Assembly: GCA_905178155.1 (NCBI GenBank)
Contig: CAJINV010000001.1
Coordinates: 5,119,994 to 5,183,993, forward strand
Source of the DNA: Amoebophrya sp. A120
Lineage: Eukaryota; Protista; Dinoflagellata
DNA: 64,000 nt
Reading direction: 5' to 3'
Within the stretch, counting starts at the first letter, position 1. Every line of letters begins with the position of its first letter. A model generated the notes under the pieces. The model had not been told where the DNA came from. It worked only from the letters and a program-made list of their open reading frames with translations, and did not search any database. Positions 1 through 12,700 of the stretch are shown in pieces. Made by a program: the position numbers and the translations under genes.

Positions 1-126
1 TGCGTGCGCGCGCGCGTGCGCGCAAAAACGCAGCTCCGCGCGCGCGCGCGCACGCGCAAACGCGCCAAAAAGCGCGCGCGCGCGCGCAAAAACACGCAAA
101 ACGCGCGCGCGCGCGCGCACGCACAC
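1..126. repeat. (GC)n-rich low-complexity repeat with A-tracts, cut by the window edge
   Basis: Alternating GCGCGC runs interrupted by AAAA tracts; the ORF over it is a repeat artefact. Confidence 0.7.
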
Positions 127-747
127 CTCACAGCTTTACATGTTGCTTTCTGCTGGATCTTTGCTGCTAGCTCCCTAGATTATGGAGCTGCGGATTCATT
201 TGATTGACGAGAGGTGAAGATGAGTGGTTTTATCTAAATTATCAACTCAAAATAGCTTGATGTGCCTTATTCCTTCAGTTTATTTTTTGGTTTGGGTTGA
301 AAATCATTGAAGATTCAAAATGTCTGATAGTGATAGAATCTTCAATGAAACAGAATACATAGCGGCAGAAACGCTTTCCTCTGGGAGTTGTGATGATATT
401 CTTGTTTTCGTTCATTTCCAATTAGTGATTGGTGAAAGTCGTGCCGAAAAAATGCGACAAAACTAAAAATCGAAGAATCTTCGAAAGGCAGCGAAGTGCT
501 AGATGTAGATAGTGCATTTGTAAAATTCGTTTGAAAAGAAGCTCGAAAAAATTTGTTTATCAAAACCAGTCTGTATTTCATTATCATTTCCAGTTTTCCA
601 TGTTCTTTTCTATTGCAGTAAACATCATACACTGAATTTTCAATTTTGAACTAAGAGAACAAGCACTTCATTAGAAGTAGAAAGATGTAGAACGAAAAAA
701 CAAGTTCACAAAAAAAAATCTCTCTCGGCGGCAAAAATTCTATAAAT

Positions 748-3700
748 TCATTTACTCTCCTGGTCCTTATCGCCACCCTCGTTCTCCGCCGTCAAGGCCA
801 TCGCGTCCAGCTCAAACTTCCTCCCTTCGGCCATGCACTGCAGCTTCTGCTCGCAGAAGAGCAGACTTTTCTTCTTCCCGTCGTCGAGCTTACGGTGTTT
901 TTTGATCGACTCCACGGCACTTTGCACGACCTTTAGTGCGTCCGGCACAAACGGGAGGGTGTGGTCCAACAGTTTCTTTTCCACGAAACCGTCGTAAAAC
1001 ACCGCCAAAGTCTTGTCGTCCAGCAATTTGTGAAGCGCATGCGAAAAGTGGATCAGCGTGCCCGCGGTCTCCGTTTGCAGCAAAGCACCGGAATTGGTTG
1101 TGTTAGGCTTGTTGCTTCGTTTCTTCTGCTGCGGTTCTTCCGCGCAGGGGAAATCACGACCTTGCTCCACGACCTGATAGCAAGCGTGTTTTTCAATTTG
1201 GCTCATGATTTCGTAGATACGTTGAATTTGGATCTATGCCCATTTTCAGTTTGAAGTGGCTCGAGGGTCCTGCTGAAAAGTGAAGATATGATTTGTGTAC
1301 TCAAAGAGTAAGTAGTACGTTAACGTTTTTCTTCTTGGGTCGTCCTCGGGTCTTTTTCCCTACCGCCTCAACGGTCGCCACCAATTCCTTCTCCTTGCCC
1401 TCTCTGACCTCCTCGTTTGTTCCAGCCGACGGAAACACCGCCTCCGTGCCACAAGCGTGAGTAAGAGCAGTATTCGCCTTTTCCTCCTCCGCATCACCAC
1501 CGCCATGCTCACCACCAACAGCAGCTTCGTCCTCGTCCCTCACCGCTCGACCATTCGACGTTTGGATGACCTCCAAGCCGGCAGCCCGCTGCAAAAGGTT
1601 CGCCACCAGTCCCTGCCTTTTGTTCATCGGGATATGCTGCGCTACCAAACTGGACAAAAACTTCACCTTCTCAACGCTTTTATCATTCTCCCCCTGGAAG
1701 TGCAAGCGGGTCACCACTTCCGGAAAGGCGACGTGCATCTTCTGCTTTTTGTCCGCACAGGTGCAGAGATCCGACAAGATGCCGCGGGAGTCCTTGGAGT
1801 AGAGTTCCAGCATTTCACCAATCAGCTGCGGGCAGGCTTTCAAAAAGTCCTTCATCAAAAGCTGCTTCAGCAACTGCAAAATCGCGGACTGGCTGTGCTC
1901 CTTCTTGTTGTTCTCAGCATTGTTCTTCGCAATAGTTGTCCTCGTTGTGCGCAAGCTGCGCAGCATCTCGATGTACACATCCCGGACCGGCTGCGTGATT
2001 TGCGCGTTCCTGAGCGTTAGGTCGGCCAAGCCTGCGCAGAGAATCTCCCCGAGGATCGGATCTTGATCGAGGAGCCGTCCTTCCCCTTGGGCGTCCCGAG
2101 TGGTAGTTGTCAACATCCTACTCCTGTTGTTGGACGAAGATGAATTGGCTTGGTGCTTCTGTGCCGGTGCGCTCCAGTTGAACATGGCTCCAATATCAAC
2201 GGCCTTGCCGCCCGCTGCCGTTCTCTTCGCTTTCTGCTTGTTCGGTCCGCCCGCTCCTGCGACCAGGAGCTTTTTGAAAGCCGGCAAGTCGCCCATAATC
2301 GCGTAGACAACGGTGTAGAGTTTGCTCCGCGCCAGATCCGGGGAAACGAGAAAGACTTTCAGTAGGGCAAGCAACGCGGATCGACGAAGCCGCCGAATAT
2401 GGTTTTGTTCAACAAGAACCTCCTCCTCCGCGCCGGTTTTATTTTTCTCGCCGGTGTTCTGCTCGAGACCGAAAAGCCCGGTAGAAAAGCGGGTAGTTGT
2501 CGTGTTGCCTGCGGGCTGCTGATCCACCAAATCCGCACCGTCCGCAAAAAAACACTGTTCCACAGCGGGGACCATAATCGCCAGTAGATTCTTCGATCGC
2601 TTTTCGTAGTTTACAAGCGCATTCTCAGAGAGCTGCAATGGCAACTTGTCTGCAGCAGTACTATCCTTGGCAGTGGATTTGAAAAGTTGCTCCGGTAGAT
2701 CATGATGATCATTTTTACTCGTGGCCACTATCTTCGCATTTTCCAGCTGAACCTTGTCAGCGGCCTTCTGCAGTTGTTCGTGTTCCTTGGTCACTGTTTC
2801 TTGCTGCTGCACTAGCATGTCAATCACCGACTTCATGCGCGCAGAAACATGACCGACCACGAAGCACAGGAGCTCCGCACCGGGGACAGTATGTGTGGCG
2901 TGGTGCTCGCCTTCGGTCATGGCGAGGAACCAGGCGCTCCACACGACCTCGGGACAAAGGTAGCGCCAAGGCTGCTGCGTCTCGACGTCTGTCCCCTCTA
3001 CGCTGGTGTTGGAACAGCCCGAGGATGAGAAGTACTCGATGGAAAATTTGGCTTGTACACGGTTGTTCGCAGATGGCCTTACTGAACTCCGTCTGACGGG
3101 GTCGGAAGAGAACGCATCAGAAATGTTGGCCTCCTTCGATGACCATGAAGTAGGTGGCTGCTTCCGCACGATGGTAACTGGCACTACGTCGACCTTGTTC
3201 GCAGCGCTCGCCTCGACGAAATGCGTCTTCAATCTCTTGGGTTTCGGAGACAAGTAAGCGGCTTCTCGTTGACTTTGTTCCGGCGGTACAACCATTTTCT
3301 TCGAACTTTTTGTTCGTCCAACATCCTTCGTTTTATTTTTACTCGCACCAGTATCCGACGGTGCTGCAGCAGCCGGCGCACTGGAAGTTGTAGATGCGCC
3401 GAGAAGAGACCACGGCGACAACGCACCAGTTTTCTGTTGTTCTCGTCGTCCCGTTTCCGCTTGCATTAAGATGTTCATTTCGACGGGAAAAGCCAGTCCA
3501 AATGCAAAAGACAAATCCACAAGCTCCTGCGCACACTGGAGACGGTTTCCGGTGGTTGGATGTCGTTCTTCCTCGAGAAGACTTCCACCCGCCGAGACAG
3601 CGGTGGTCTGCGTCATCGTTAGCCTCGCAAACAATGGCATGAGCTTTTCCTCAAAACCCGACCAGAGTCGAACGAGGCGATCCCGAGACTGTATCACCGT

Positions 3701-6700
3701 GTTCTCCAGCCTTTTCGCTTTCTCTTCCTTGACCTGTTGCGCGTTACTTGCGGACACCGATCCAAAAACCGGATGAATCGCTGGCGGCAGCATCAGGCGC
3801 CGTCGCTTGGCGTTTGCGTCTTGGTCGTTGTTCACTGGTGTAGCTCTTGAAGCCGTAGCTTTTTTCCCACGGCCCTTCGCGCCTTTCTTGTTTCCACCTA
3901 CTTGTACAGCGAGATTGCTGGTCGTATCTTCGACCTGCTGCATGCCATTAGCATTCTTGTCGCCTTGGTTCTTATTTCCCTCGGTCTTCATCGCGGCCAG
4001 CTGTTCGACGGCGTCTTTCATTTCCGCAAGCACTCTCTTCACGACGGCTTTTGCCGCAGCAGCGCACAAACCCAGCTGGTCAACGGAGATGGGGAGATCA
4101 GACCGCGTGGCGAGCTGGTTGCTGACCCACAACACCTGCCGCGTCATCTCCTCGCTGGCGCCGACACCGGCAAGGATTACGTGAATCTTTTTGAGAAAAA
4201 TACCGGGTTTGGCAGCTGCAGAAGACCCCCTGCTCATTGCGCCGCCGTCCTTGACATTAGCACTACTGGTCGACATGAAAGAAAACACTTCCTTCGCGAA
4301 CTTGTGCAGCAGCTGCCGGTCCTTCATGCGATTGACTTGCGCGACCAACGCGAGCTCATCCGCCTGGGTCTTCGCGGAATCAAACAAGTCTTGCAATTTT
4401 GCCAGCGAGTCGACTTCCTCGCTGAAGCAGACGCAGGCGGCGTTCCCGATCTCCGTGCGGTCACTCAAGACCAATGCGTACACCTTCAGGGCCAACCGGT
4501 GCAGCAAATTCCTTGCGAAAGAGGAGGAAGACGTTGTTTTCTGCATCTTCTGCACGGTGGAAATCACTTCCAGAACGTCCTGGCTCACGGTGCTCGACAA
4601 CAACAGATCCATGGCCGGAAGAATTTCGGCTTCGAAGAGGTCAGTGAACCGCTTCTGCTTTGCCTTCAACGTTCGTTGTTCCACCGCAGCTACAGGTGTA
4701 CTACTAGTGCTAGTTGTTGTACTTGCTTTTCCTTTTGTTGCGCCTTCTACTTCTTCTTTTTTGGCCATAACATTCGCCATCTCCTCATCTGCCGATGAAG
4801 TGTTCTTCTTTGACATGTCTTTGGCTGGCTCCTTGCGCTTTTTATTTTCTGGATTGTCGTCGGCCAAAAGGTCGTCTTCCTCATCCACGACGCTGGAGGA
4901 AACGGACTTATTCCCCTCGTCGCTATGGTCGACAGAACCAGAAGGATTTTGAACCCCAGCATGATTTTCTGTCTTCGCTTCCCGTTCCCGTTCCAGCAAC
5001 GCAGTAAACGGCTCCTGCTCGATCAGAACACAGCACAGCTTCAAAGCCTGCCTCCGGATGATGCACGTCACGTCGCGCAACCGTTTCGCAGCTTCTTCCG
5101 CAATCGCGAGGTGGAAGGTGGCCGCGGGATAGCGATCGCTGCTGTCAACATCATCAACCGAAGATGTTTTTGCTTCTATGTCATCTTTCACGACTTGTTG
5201 AACAGCGAAAGGATCTTCCACGCCCCTCCCCGCAGCACTCTGAATCATCTCACCCAGGAGCTTCAGCGCACGGCTCCGGACGTAGGACACCTTGTCCGCG
5301 CAGTGCAGCAGGAGAGTCGCTTGGATTTGCTTATTTCTGCGGGCAATTGTCAAAGACGATGTGCTTGAGGCTGCGGAAAGTAAAACATCCTGGCTCCTGT
5401 TCTTGTCCAGTACGGTCTTCATGGGAGAAGATTCTTTGGATGCGGGGATTGTACCATTCTCCAGGACGGCGCTCTCTTTCGTGCCCATGCTGGACGACGA
5501 GCTGTTCAACATGATCGTCGTGCTTGTCTCTGTACCCGATCCAGTAGAACCGAGGGAATTCGAAACAATCGCAGTCAAAATGTCCTGCCGCACCTGGTAA
5601 TCGGGGCAGACGCCAAGAAACGTCAAGATTTCGTCGAAGTTCTGCTCGAACATGGCATTTTGCTCCTCGGCGAACAAGGGAAAAAAACCACCTGACAATG
5701 GTTATTCCAAATTGATCTATCAGCATTGCAGCTCGACGCACAGAAACACAAATTGTGGTACGAAAAAAGCATGATCCTCTGTCATCCTGCTATCAGCTTC
5801 ACCTTCAGCGCGGAACAATACTAAATTATTGCGTAGAAGACTACACGTGGTCACAACCTTTGTACCTGCTAAGCTGCGAAACGTGGTTTGCGCGTTCTTT
5901 GCGACTTTGAGCGTTGTTGCGATGTCCACCACCTGTTGCTCACCAGGACCAGCAGCACCGCTGCTCCCAGACAAAGTTCCTGCTGTTGCGCGGTGTTTCT
6001 GCATCTGATTGCGGGCCTCCTCCAGCAGGAACCGGACCACCGGCACATCACGGAAGGAGGTCGACGTGCTGTTCTCCATCGAGGAAAATTCCTGGTGCCA
6101 GGTCCGCAGCTGACGCAACAGCAGTCTCCAGTACCGCTCGCGAACGGAGTGCTTCAACGTGAACATCTCGCCAAGCCGGTTCGCCAGCAACATCCATTTC
6201 GTGACCAAATACGTCACGATTTCGGGAGCTTGTTGTGCTGCTTGTTGTCGTGGTCGTCCGCTGCCCTTAGGAGCAGTGACAGAAGAAGTTGACGCCACGT
6301 TATTGTTTTCCTCTTGTTGTAAATTGTCTTCGTCGTCCTCCGCAGCCTCATTCATTTTCTTGACTGATTTTGGTGCCGTAGCGATCAACGCGCACCACAA
6401 CTCGTCTAAAATCGTCTGGTTGTGGTCTTCAGATAAGAAATTCAACATCTTCCCGGAATTTCTTGTCTTGTCTTGTTGTTCAAACTGCGCCAGAGCAGAA
6501 GCGGGGTCGGAAAACAGCCCGAAAGTCGCCTCCCTCGCGTACGTGAACAGTGCCACCGAGGTAAGCGGAAGCCCGGCGCGCCCTGCGCGGGACGGGTAGG
6601 ACATTATCCAGTTTAATACGACCGCCAAAGTCTTGGCCGCAATGACGGAAAGCAAAGGACCGGAAGGGTGGAAATTCTCATTTTTTTCATTCGCGGCCGA

Positions 6701-8280
6701 GGTTGTAGCTGTAGCTCCACCGTCGGATACAAACGACTCGTTCAGTGCGCTGAAATCATCATCGTCGTCGTGCAGCACTAGCGGGTTTTTGCGCTTGTTC
6801 GAGTTCTTTTTCGGCGCTGCGTGCTTCTTATTCTTGCTGCCGCTCGAGGTTTTCTTCGAGCCGGAGTGTGTTTTTGTGGTTTTCATTTGGTCTTGTTCAG
6901 CCAGATGCTGGTGGCGACCACCATAGTTGGCGCTAGCGCTAGAAGACGCTTCTCCGTCCGCACGACAAGGGATTTGCATGAGCAAGCCGAGGAGAAAAAC
7001 CAGCGGCTGCAGATCCGGAAAAGTGGTCGTGGTCTGCAGCGGGTCCAGAATCGTGTGCGACACGATATGCCCCGCTCAAACGTTACAATCTCAAACGTTA
7101 CAATAGAATCTGAGATTTGTCTTGCATGATCAACATGACAGACTCGGACAGCATTCCACTTTCTGCAATACAAATTTCGCCAGATTGTAGTGCGGATTGG
7201 GACTCCAGAACTTGTCATGCGCAATCCTGTGGGAGTAGAGTAGATCATGCACTTCTTGCAACACAAATTCCAGATTCTATTGTAACGTTTGAGATTGTAA
7301 CACCTGAGCAGGTTATACACGAAATCAGAGTCGAAAACCACGGCGAGCTTCTGACGGTCCCGGAAGGAGAGCAAGTCGTTGTCTTTTGTCGTGCCTGCCG
7401 CAGGAGCAGCGTCCTCGTCAAACGAACTCTGCTCATCGGTCGATTGTAACTCTTGTTCCATTGCGGACACACTGGTAGCGTCGTTTTTGTCGACAGCACT
7501 GGAAGTATCGCTCAAAAATCGATGGTTGCCTTTATTGTTCTTTTTCGCCAGTAAAAATGACCCGCCACCAGCTGCTAGCTTCAATTCGTGATCCTTCTTG
7601 CTGAGAAGAGCAGGAACTGCTTTTGCGATGGTTTTGTACACGAGAAGAAACGTGTCCTTGTTCCATTTTATCATGTCAGTGTTCGACGGTGCTGCTGCAT
7701 TTTTACCGTTCTTCTTCAGCTGCATTGCTTCTTCCCTATTGTTCAACCCGACAGCTGCTCCACCGACCATCCACTCGACCGCAGAGCTTTTCAGGTCCTC
7801 CGCTGCAAACGCAGAGAGGACACCAGATGACGACCCGGAAGCTGTGGCGCTCTGTAGTTCATCCTCGCCGAAGGACGAGAGGGTGCTTACGTCGAGGTCG
7901 CCTGGCGCCGAGGCGAGGAAGTCGTCGAGCTCGTCCCTGAACTCCGCGAGTTTCTGCGGCTTCAGTGGCATTTCGAACACCGGTTGCACCGACCGCGGAG
8001 CCAGCTGTTTTTTCGCCACAGGAGCTACGGCAGACGAGGCGGTGGTGGTGGTGGATCTATTCATCTGGAAGGACCGAGAAATAGACGAAGAGGCGTGTTG
8101 TTGCTTTTGTCCGTTATTTTTCGAAGAGGGCATCGACATCTTCATCATTTTCCCCACCACGGGAGGACGACCTTGTTGCAACTTGTTGTAGTTGTTCCCG
8201 GTCTTGGTATTCGTCTTCTCCGAGGCTGCGGGTTTTTTTACCGCCGGAGCCGGCCGGCTCGGGTTGGGTCGTCTCGGCAT
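748..8280 (-). CDS. Large multi-exon HEAT-repeat protein, condensin non-SMC subunit (CAP-D2/D3, Cnd1)-like
   Basis: ORFs 6883-8286, 5720-7063 and 1301-5698 join through the TIR intron 7066-7317 (spliced SDFV|SHTILD) and a putative GT-AG intron 5692-5865. HEAT-like motifs DKVSYVRSRALKLL, RLRDVTCIIRRQALKL and LRRSALLALLKVFLVS recall CAP-D2. ORF 748-1206 as last exon is tentative. Confidence 0.5.
7066..7317. mobile_element. Introner-like TIR intron (family E)
   Basis: TATG...TATA ends; long inverted repeat TTACAATCTCAAACGTTACAATAGAATCTG; perfect flanking direct repeat CACGA; removal restores the frame. Confidence 0.9.
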
Positions 8281-9766
8281 GCTCAAAGACGGCTCTTTAT
8301 TTTTACTTTTAGGTAGAAGATATTTGTCGTTCGAAAGCTGTTAGATGGTCGAGTCGATGTGACAGTTCAGGCTCATCTGTAGTCTGCGCGCTGTGGCCTT
8401 CGATTTTGAATTTTGATGCTGCTTCTAGTAAATAAAGAACTTGCGTGTTCGTCTATTCGGTTTTTTTTTGTTGAACAACCTGGGTTCAATTTGAGGTTTG
8501 TTGTTAGTTTTCGCTTTGTTTAGTCTTTGAGCGACGAATGGAAGTAAAAACGTGTTGTCAGTTTTGCAAACAAAATCAAAATCCGCTCGAGTTGCAGCTT
8601 TGCGTTAAAGGCAGTTGGGTATGCGACTTCATCTCACAACGAAAGAAAAAGTGACCTTCAACACTCTTCAGCAAATTTGGCCCCTCGTCATGTTGCGGCT
8701 TTTGCAACGAAAACGCTCTACGTCTCTCGCCGCCTCCAAAAAAAATGATCCGAAAAACAGTGCAAATAAAAGAAACCGAGGAAACGCAGACACAGCGACA
8801 AATCATACCTGCGTGGACGAATAGGCTTCATGGTTGAAGCAAACAACGCCGACCTCACCCGTCGGGTCAGACGAGGCCCGATGCCCGGGCTGTCGCGGTT
8901 GTGGTTGATGTTTTTATGCTTTTCTAAAAACAAGCGACATTCTCAACCTTTGCCTAGATTTTTGCAGAAGTCAGCAGAGAGAGTACTATCGTAGGCAACC
9001 AAGACCAGGCCGTAAGCGATTTGCATTTGATCTATGTAGAGGCCTAAACGTGAGTGATCAAACTCATAAGGTTAGAAAGAGTTAGTACTTGAAACAAGTT
9101 CGTCACTACTTATAAACAACTTCATGTAGATAGATTTATCTAAGAAAAAGATGCCAATTCATCGACATAAAATACTTGTACATTTTGGTTTTCCGAAATT
9201 CGACCGGATTGTTCAAAACAAGCTATTCTTTTTCCCTCCTCGTTCAAGCCGATATCTTATGGTGTACTCGTTGTTGACCAAAATCTATGATTTTGTTCTC
9301 CTTTTGCATCATACAGAAGATTGTTATTTGATCGAAACCTCGATGTCGTTAACGTTATGTGCTGTTGTCAATATAACATAAAGTTGCATTTTTATTTTTT
9401 ATTTATTTGATCCACTCTTGTTTCAAACAGACGTGGCGCTCGCTCTTTGATCCTGCTGTTCTTGCAGCGACCCACTGAACAACGAGGTTGTGGAAGCACA
9501 GTGAAACGAAACCCACCTACGCAACACGACATCTAGACGCGAGGCTGGAGGAGAACATCGCGCTGGAGGGTGTGACCATGGCGGGCCGGCTCTTGCGCTG
9601 GTTCCTTATAGTTTCATCAATCAGAGGGCGCACTCCTGGTGCGCAGCACAGAATGATTATACTACGGTGTGTAGGGAGACGCTGCCTGAGCGGCTCCACG
9701 TGCGACTGGCACCAGGCCAGAAGTAGTGACGGCTGTACGTTCAAGGTGGCAAAATGCCCTTCGTGC

Positions 9767-12700
9767 TCAAAAATTGCCCCTGTGCTGGGGCGGCGGTGGC
9801 CCGGCTGCGTCGCCGCCGCCGGCGGCACGGCGCCGCTCGTCTTGGTGTGCGCGCGTTTCGTATGTGACGTAGGAGAACAGGCGCGCCAGGCGCTGCGGGT
9901 CCGATAGCCCGCCAAGGTCCCCGACTACGTAACACTCTAGGAAGTGGGCCGGCGTGTCCGCAACGGCGTCGCACTTGGGACACATACGGCCGAGAAGCCC
10001 GGCCGGGGTGAGTTGCTTGAAGCGGGTGGCGCCTAGTAGGCTTGCCGCAGTTACTTGAACCTCACGACTTTCGCCCTGCGCGCTGAGTTCTTTGTACAGT
10101 TTCTTGCAGGCCGGGCGGTCCGGGAGGAAGACACTGCAGAGGCTGCCACTGACGGACGGGGCCGCCCGCTTCAGCGACTGCATGGTGTCCGCTTCTTGCC
10201 TGTCTAGTTCCGCCTTGACTAGTCCTTTCATGTCGTCCAGGGTCGGTGCCTGTGGCCACTCAGCTGGCGCGGGACCGAGGGCGGCGGCGTGGTCGGCCAA
10301 GGTGTCCGCGACTTCGTTGTGGGTGACCCCAGTGTGGCCGTACACATGCTGGATCCTGATGCATTTGTAGAGCCGACTGACCCGCTCCAGGCGGGCCATC
10401 ATCTCGCACTCTGCATCTGTAGCCAGCCCGCCGCACTGCGCAAGCGTTTTAATGCGGGCGAGGACTGACTGTGCGTCGGACAAAAGCAGTAACTCTTGAG
10501 CGGCAGTATCTTCTTCGGCGGCGGCCTGGATGGCGAGGCCGAGCAGATCCATGAGGGCCGTGAACTCCGGGCGGTAGGAGCTTTTGTTCCCACCCCAAGC
10601 TCCGGCAAGCACCCTCGCTTCGCGGCTGCTGTGAAGGTAGGCAGCCGAGGCCCCGCGCCCTGTTGCTGCAAGGTGTGCCCCGTCGCACGCCCCGGTGAAC
10701 TTGTAGCGCGCCGCTAGTTCATCTCTGGTCCCGGCGAGCTCATGCGAGTGCACCCGCAAGTTCTCTAGCCGCCCCACCTGGGGGCGGTAGGTTTGGAGGC
10801 GCTGCACCTGGTGCCGGTTCCAGCCTGCACTCTCTAGGGTCTTGACCGCTTCCATAGCCCAGGGGGGACACTGCGCAGCCGGTGGCGCAAATTGTCGGTC
10901 GGCTTCCTGATCCGATTCCAGCTCAGGGGCGTAGGTATGATACACCCGGCGGGCCGGCTGCTGCTCAGCACTGGGGCTTTGTGCAGTTGAAGCTTGCGCG
11001 GGAGGCAGGGCCACCCAATGTGTCCAGGAGGTGACCGCCGTTGTGTACGGGCAGTCAGGCCGGAGCGCCGCAAGTTCCGTCGGGTCTTGCGCGCGCATTT
11101 CGCGCGGGGGCAACGCCGGCTCATAGACATACCGCAACCCCGGGATCGTCTCTGCAATCCGCTCCCGCAGCGGCGTGGACGAGGCCCGGAGCAGTCTGTC
11201 AACAAAGGAAGCAAGACGCGACGTGTATATGTTAAACACGCTCTGGAGGTTGCTCCCCATGTACAGCGACTCCAGGCGCTGGGTGCGCGACGTCCCCAGC
11301 ACTATTCTGGCTGCTGGGTTGATGATCTTCGTGTTGAGTTTTTGGAGAGCTGCCTGCGAGGCGCAGCTCCCGTAAATCGTCACCCCATACCCCAGGATGT
11401 GCGAGACCAAAAAGAGACTTGTTTGCGACAACGTGGCTACATCAAGTCCCCAGTGGCGGTTTGCCAAGGACCGCAGGATGGAGAGCCTCAGCGTGCACTT
11501 CTTCTCGATGTGGGCCAGATGAGCACACATCGTGAAGCGATGGTCGACCAGGAGCCCCAACACCCGGAGGGAGTTCTTGGTCGGGTATGGGATCGCAGCA
11601 AGCTGTGCCGGTGGCTGCTCCACCGGCGTTGGGTCTTTGCGCACCCTTCCGTAGGTGTCGTGTTGTCGCCGGTACACACCGGTCTTCGGAACGTCGAGCC
11701 ACATGGCCTCCATCTTCGAGGGGGCAAGCCGCAGTCCACGTGCGACAAGCGACGCCGAGAGCGCCTCCTCGAACTGCGCGGCGATAGCCGCACACTCTTC
11801 TGGTGAGTTCCCGTCGATGATGGCCGTGCCGTCATCAGCAAAGAAACGCAACCAAAGTCCCGCCCCGACTTTTGCCGAGACTTCTGACGCCGTACCCGCG
11901 AGAAGTGAGTTCCACGCCCAAGGGGATAAAGCCCCTCCTTGGGGGATTCCAGTGCAAGGCCGGAACCACTGCGACCGCTCCTGCCCCACCTGGGAGCAGA
12001 AGGCACGGTGGCGCAGCCAGCGCCATATGTAGCGCACCAGACCGGCGTCGATTCCCTGCCGGAGTAGTTGATCGACCAGCTTCGTATGTGGGACCGAGTC
12101 GAAGGCCCCGGCTATGTCTGTTTGCACGATGAGGATCGTCCTGCCCTTTTTCGCTAGCCCATCCACGTGGGTCGCCAACTCTTGGAGAAGTATCTCCGTG
12201 CACTTCCCTCGCTGGTAGGCGTGCTGGGACGCGTCTTCCGTTTCCGGAAGACGGCCCAGCACAACCCTCTCCAGCAGTTTCGCCACTGTGGAGATGAGGG
12301 AAATGGGTCTGTAGGAGCCCATCTGTTCTGGCGGTCGTCCGGCTTTGTCTAACCAGATTACCTTGCTGTTGCTGAAAGCGTCCGGAAGACCTTCACTGCG
12401 GAGGACGCGGGTGTAGAGTGCGGCCAATGTGTGCCAGGTCGGGCCTCGCCAGACTTCTAGCGGCAAGTCGTCTAGCCCGGGCGCCTTGCCCTTTCCCAGC
12501 AGCTTGTATGCGGCCTCTACCTCCGTCGCGGTTACCTCGGCCACCGGCGCCGCCATGTCCAGCGCGCTCTGGGTTGCCGGCGAGAGTTGGGACGGGTGGT
12601 CCGCTTGGAACATGTACTTGTCCCTGAGGTGTGCCCCCAGGGCCGCTGCCTTGGCGCGGTCTGTGTTGCACCAACGCCCGTGGCTGTCCTTGATGGCGGA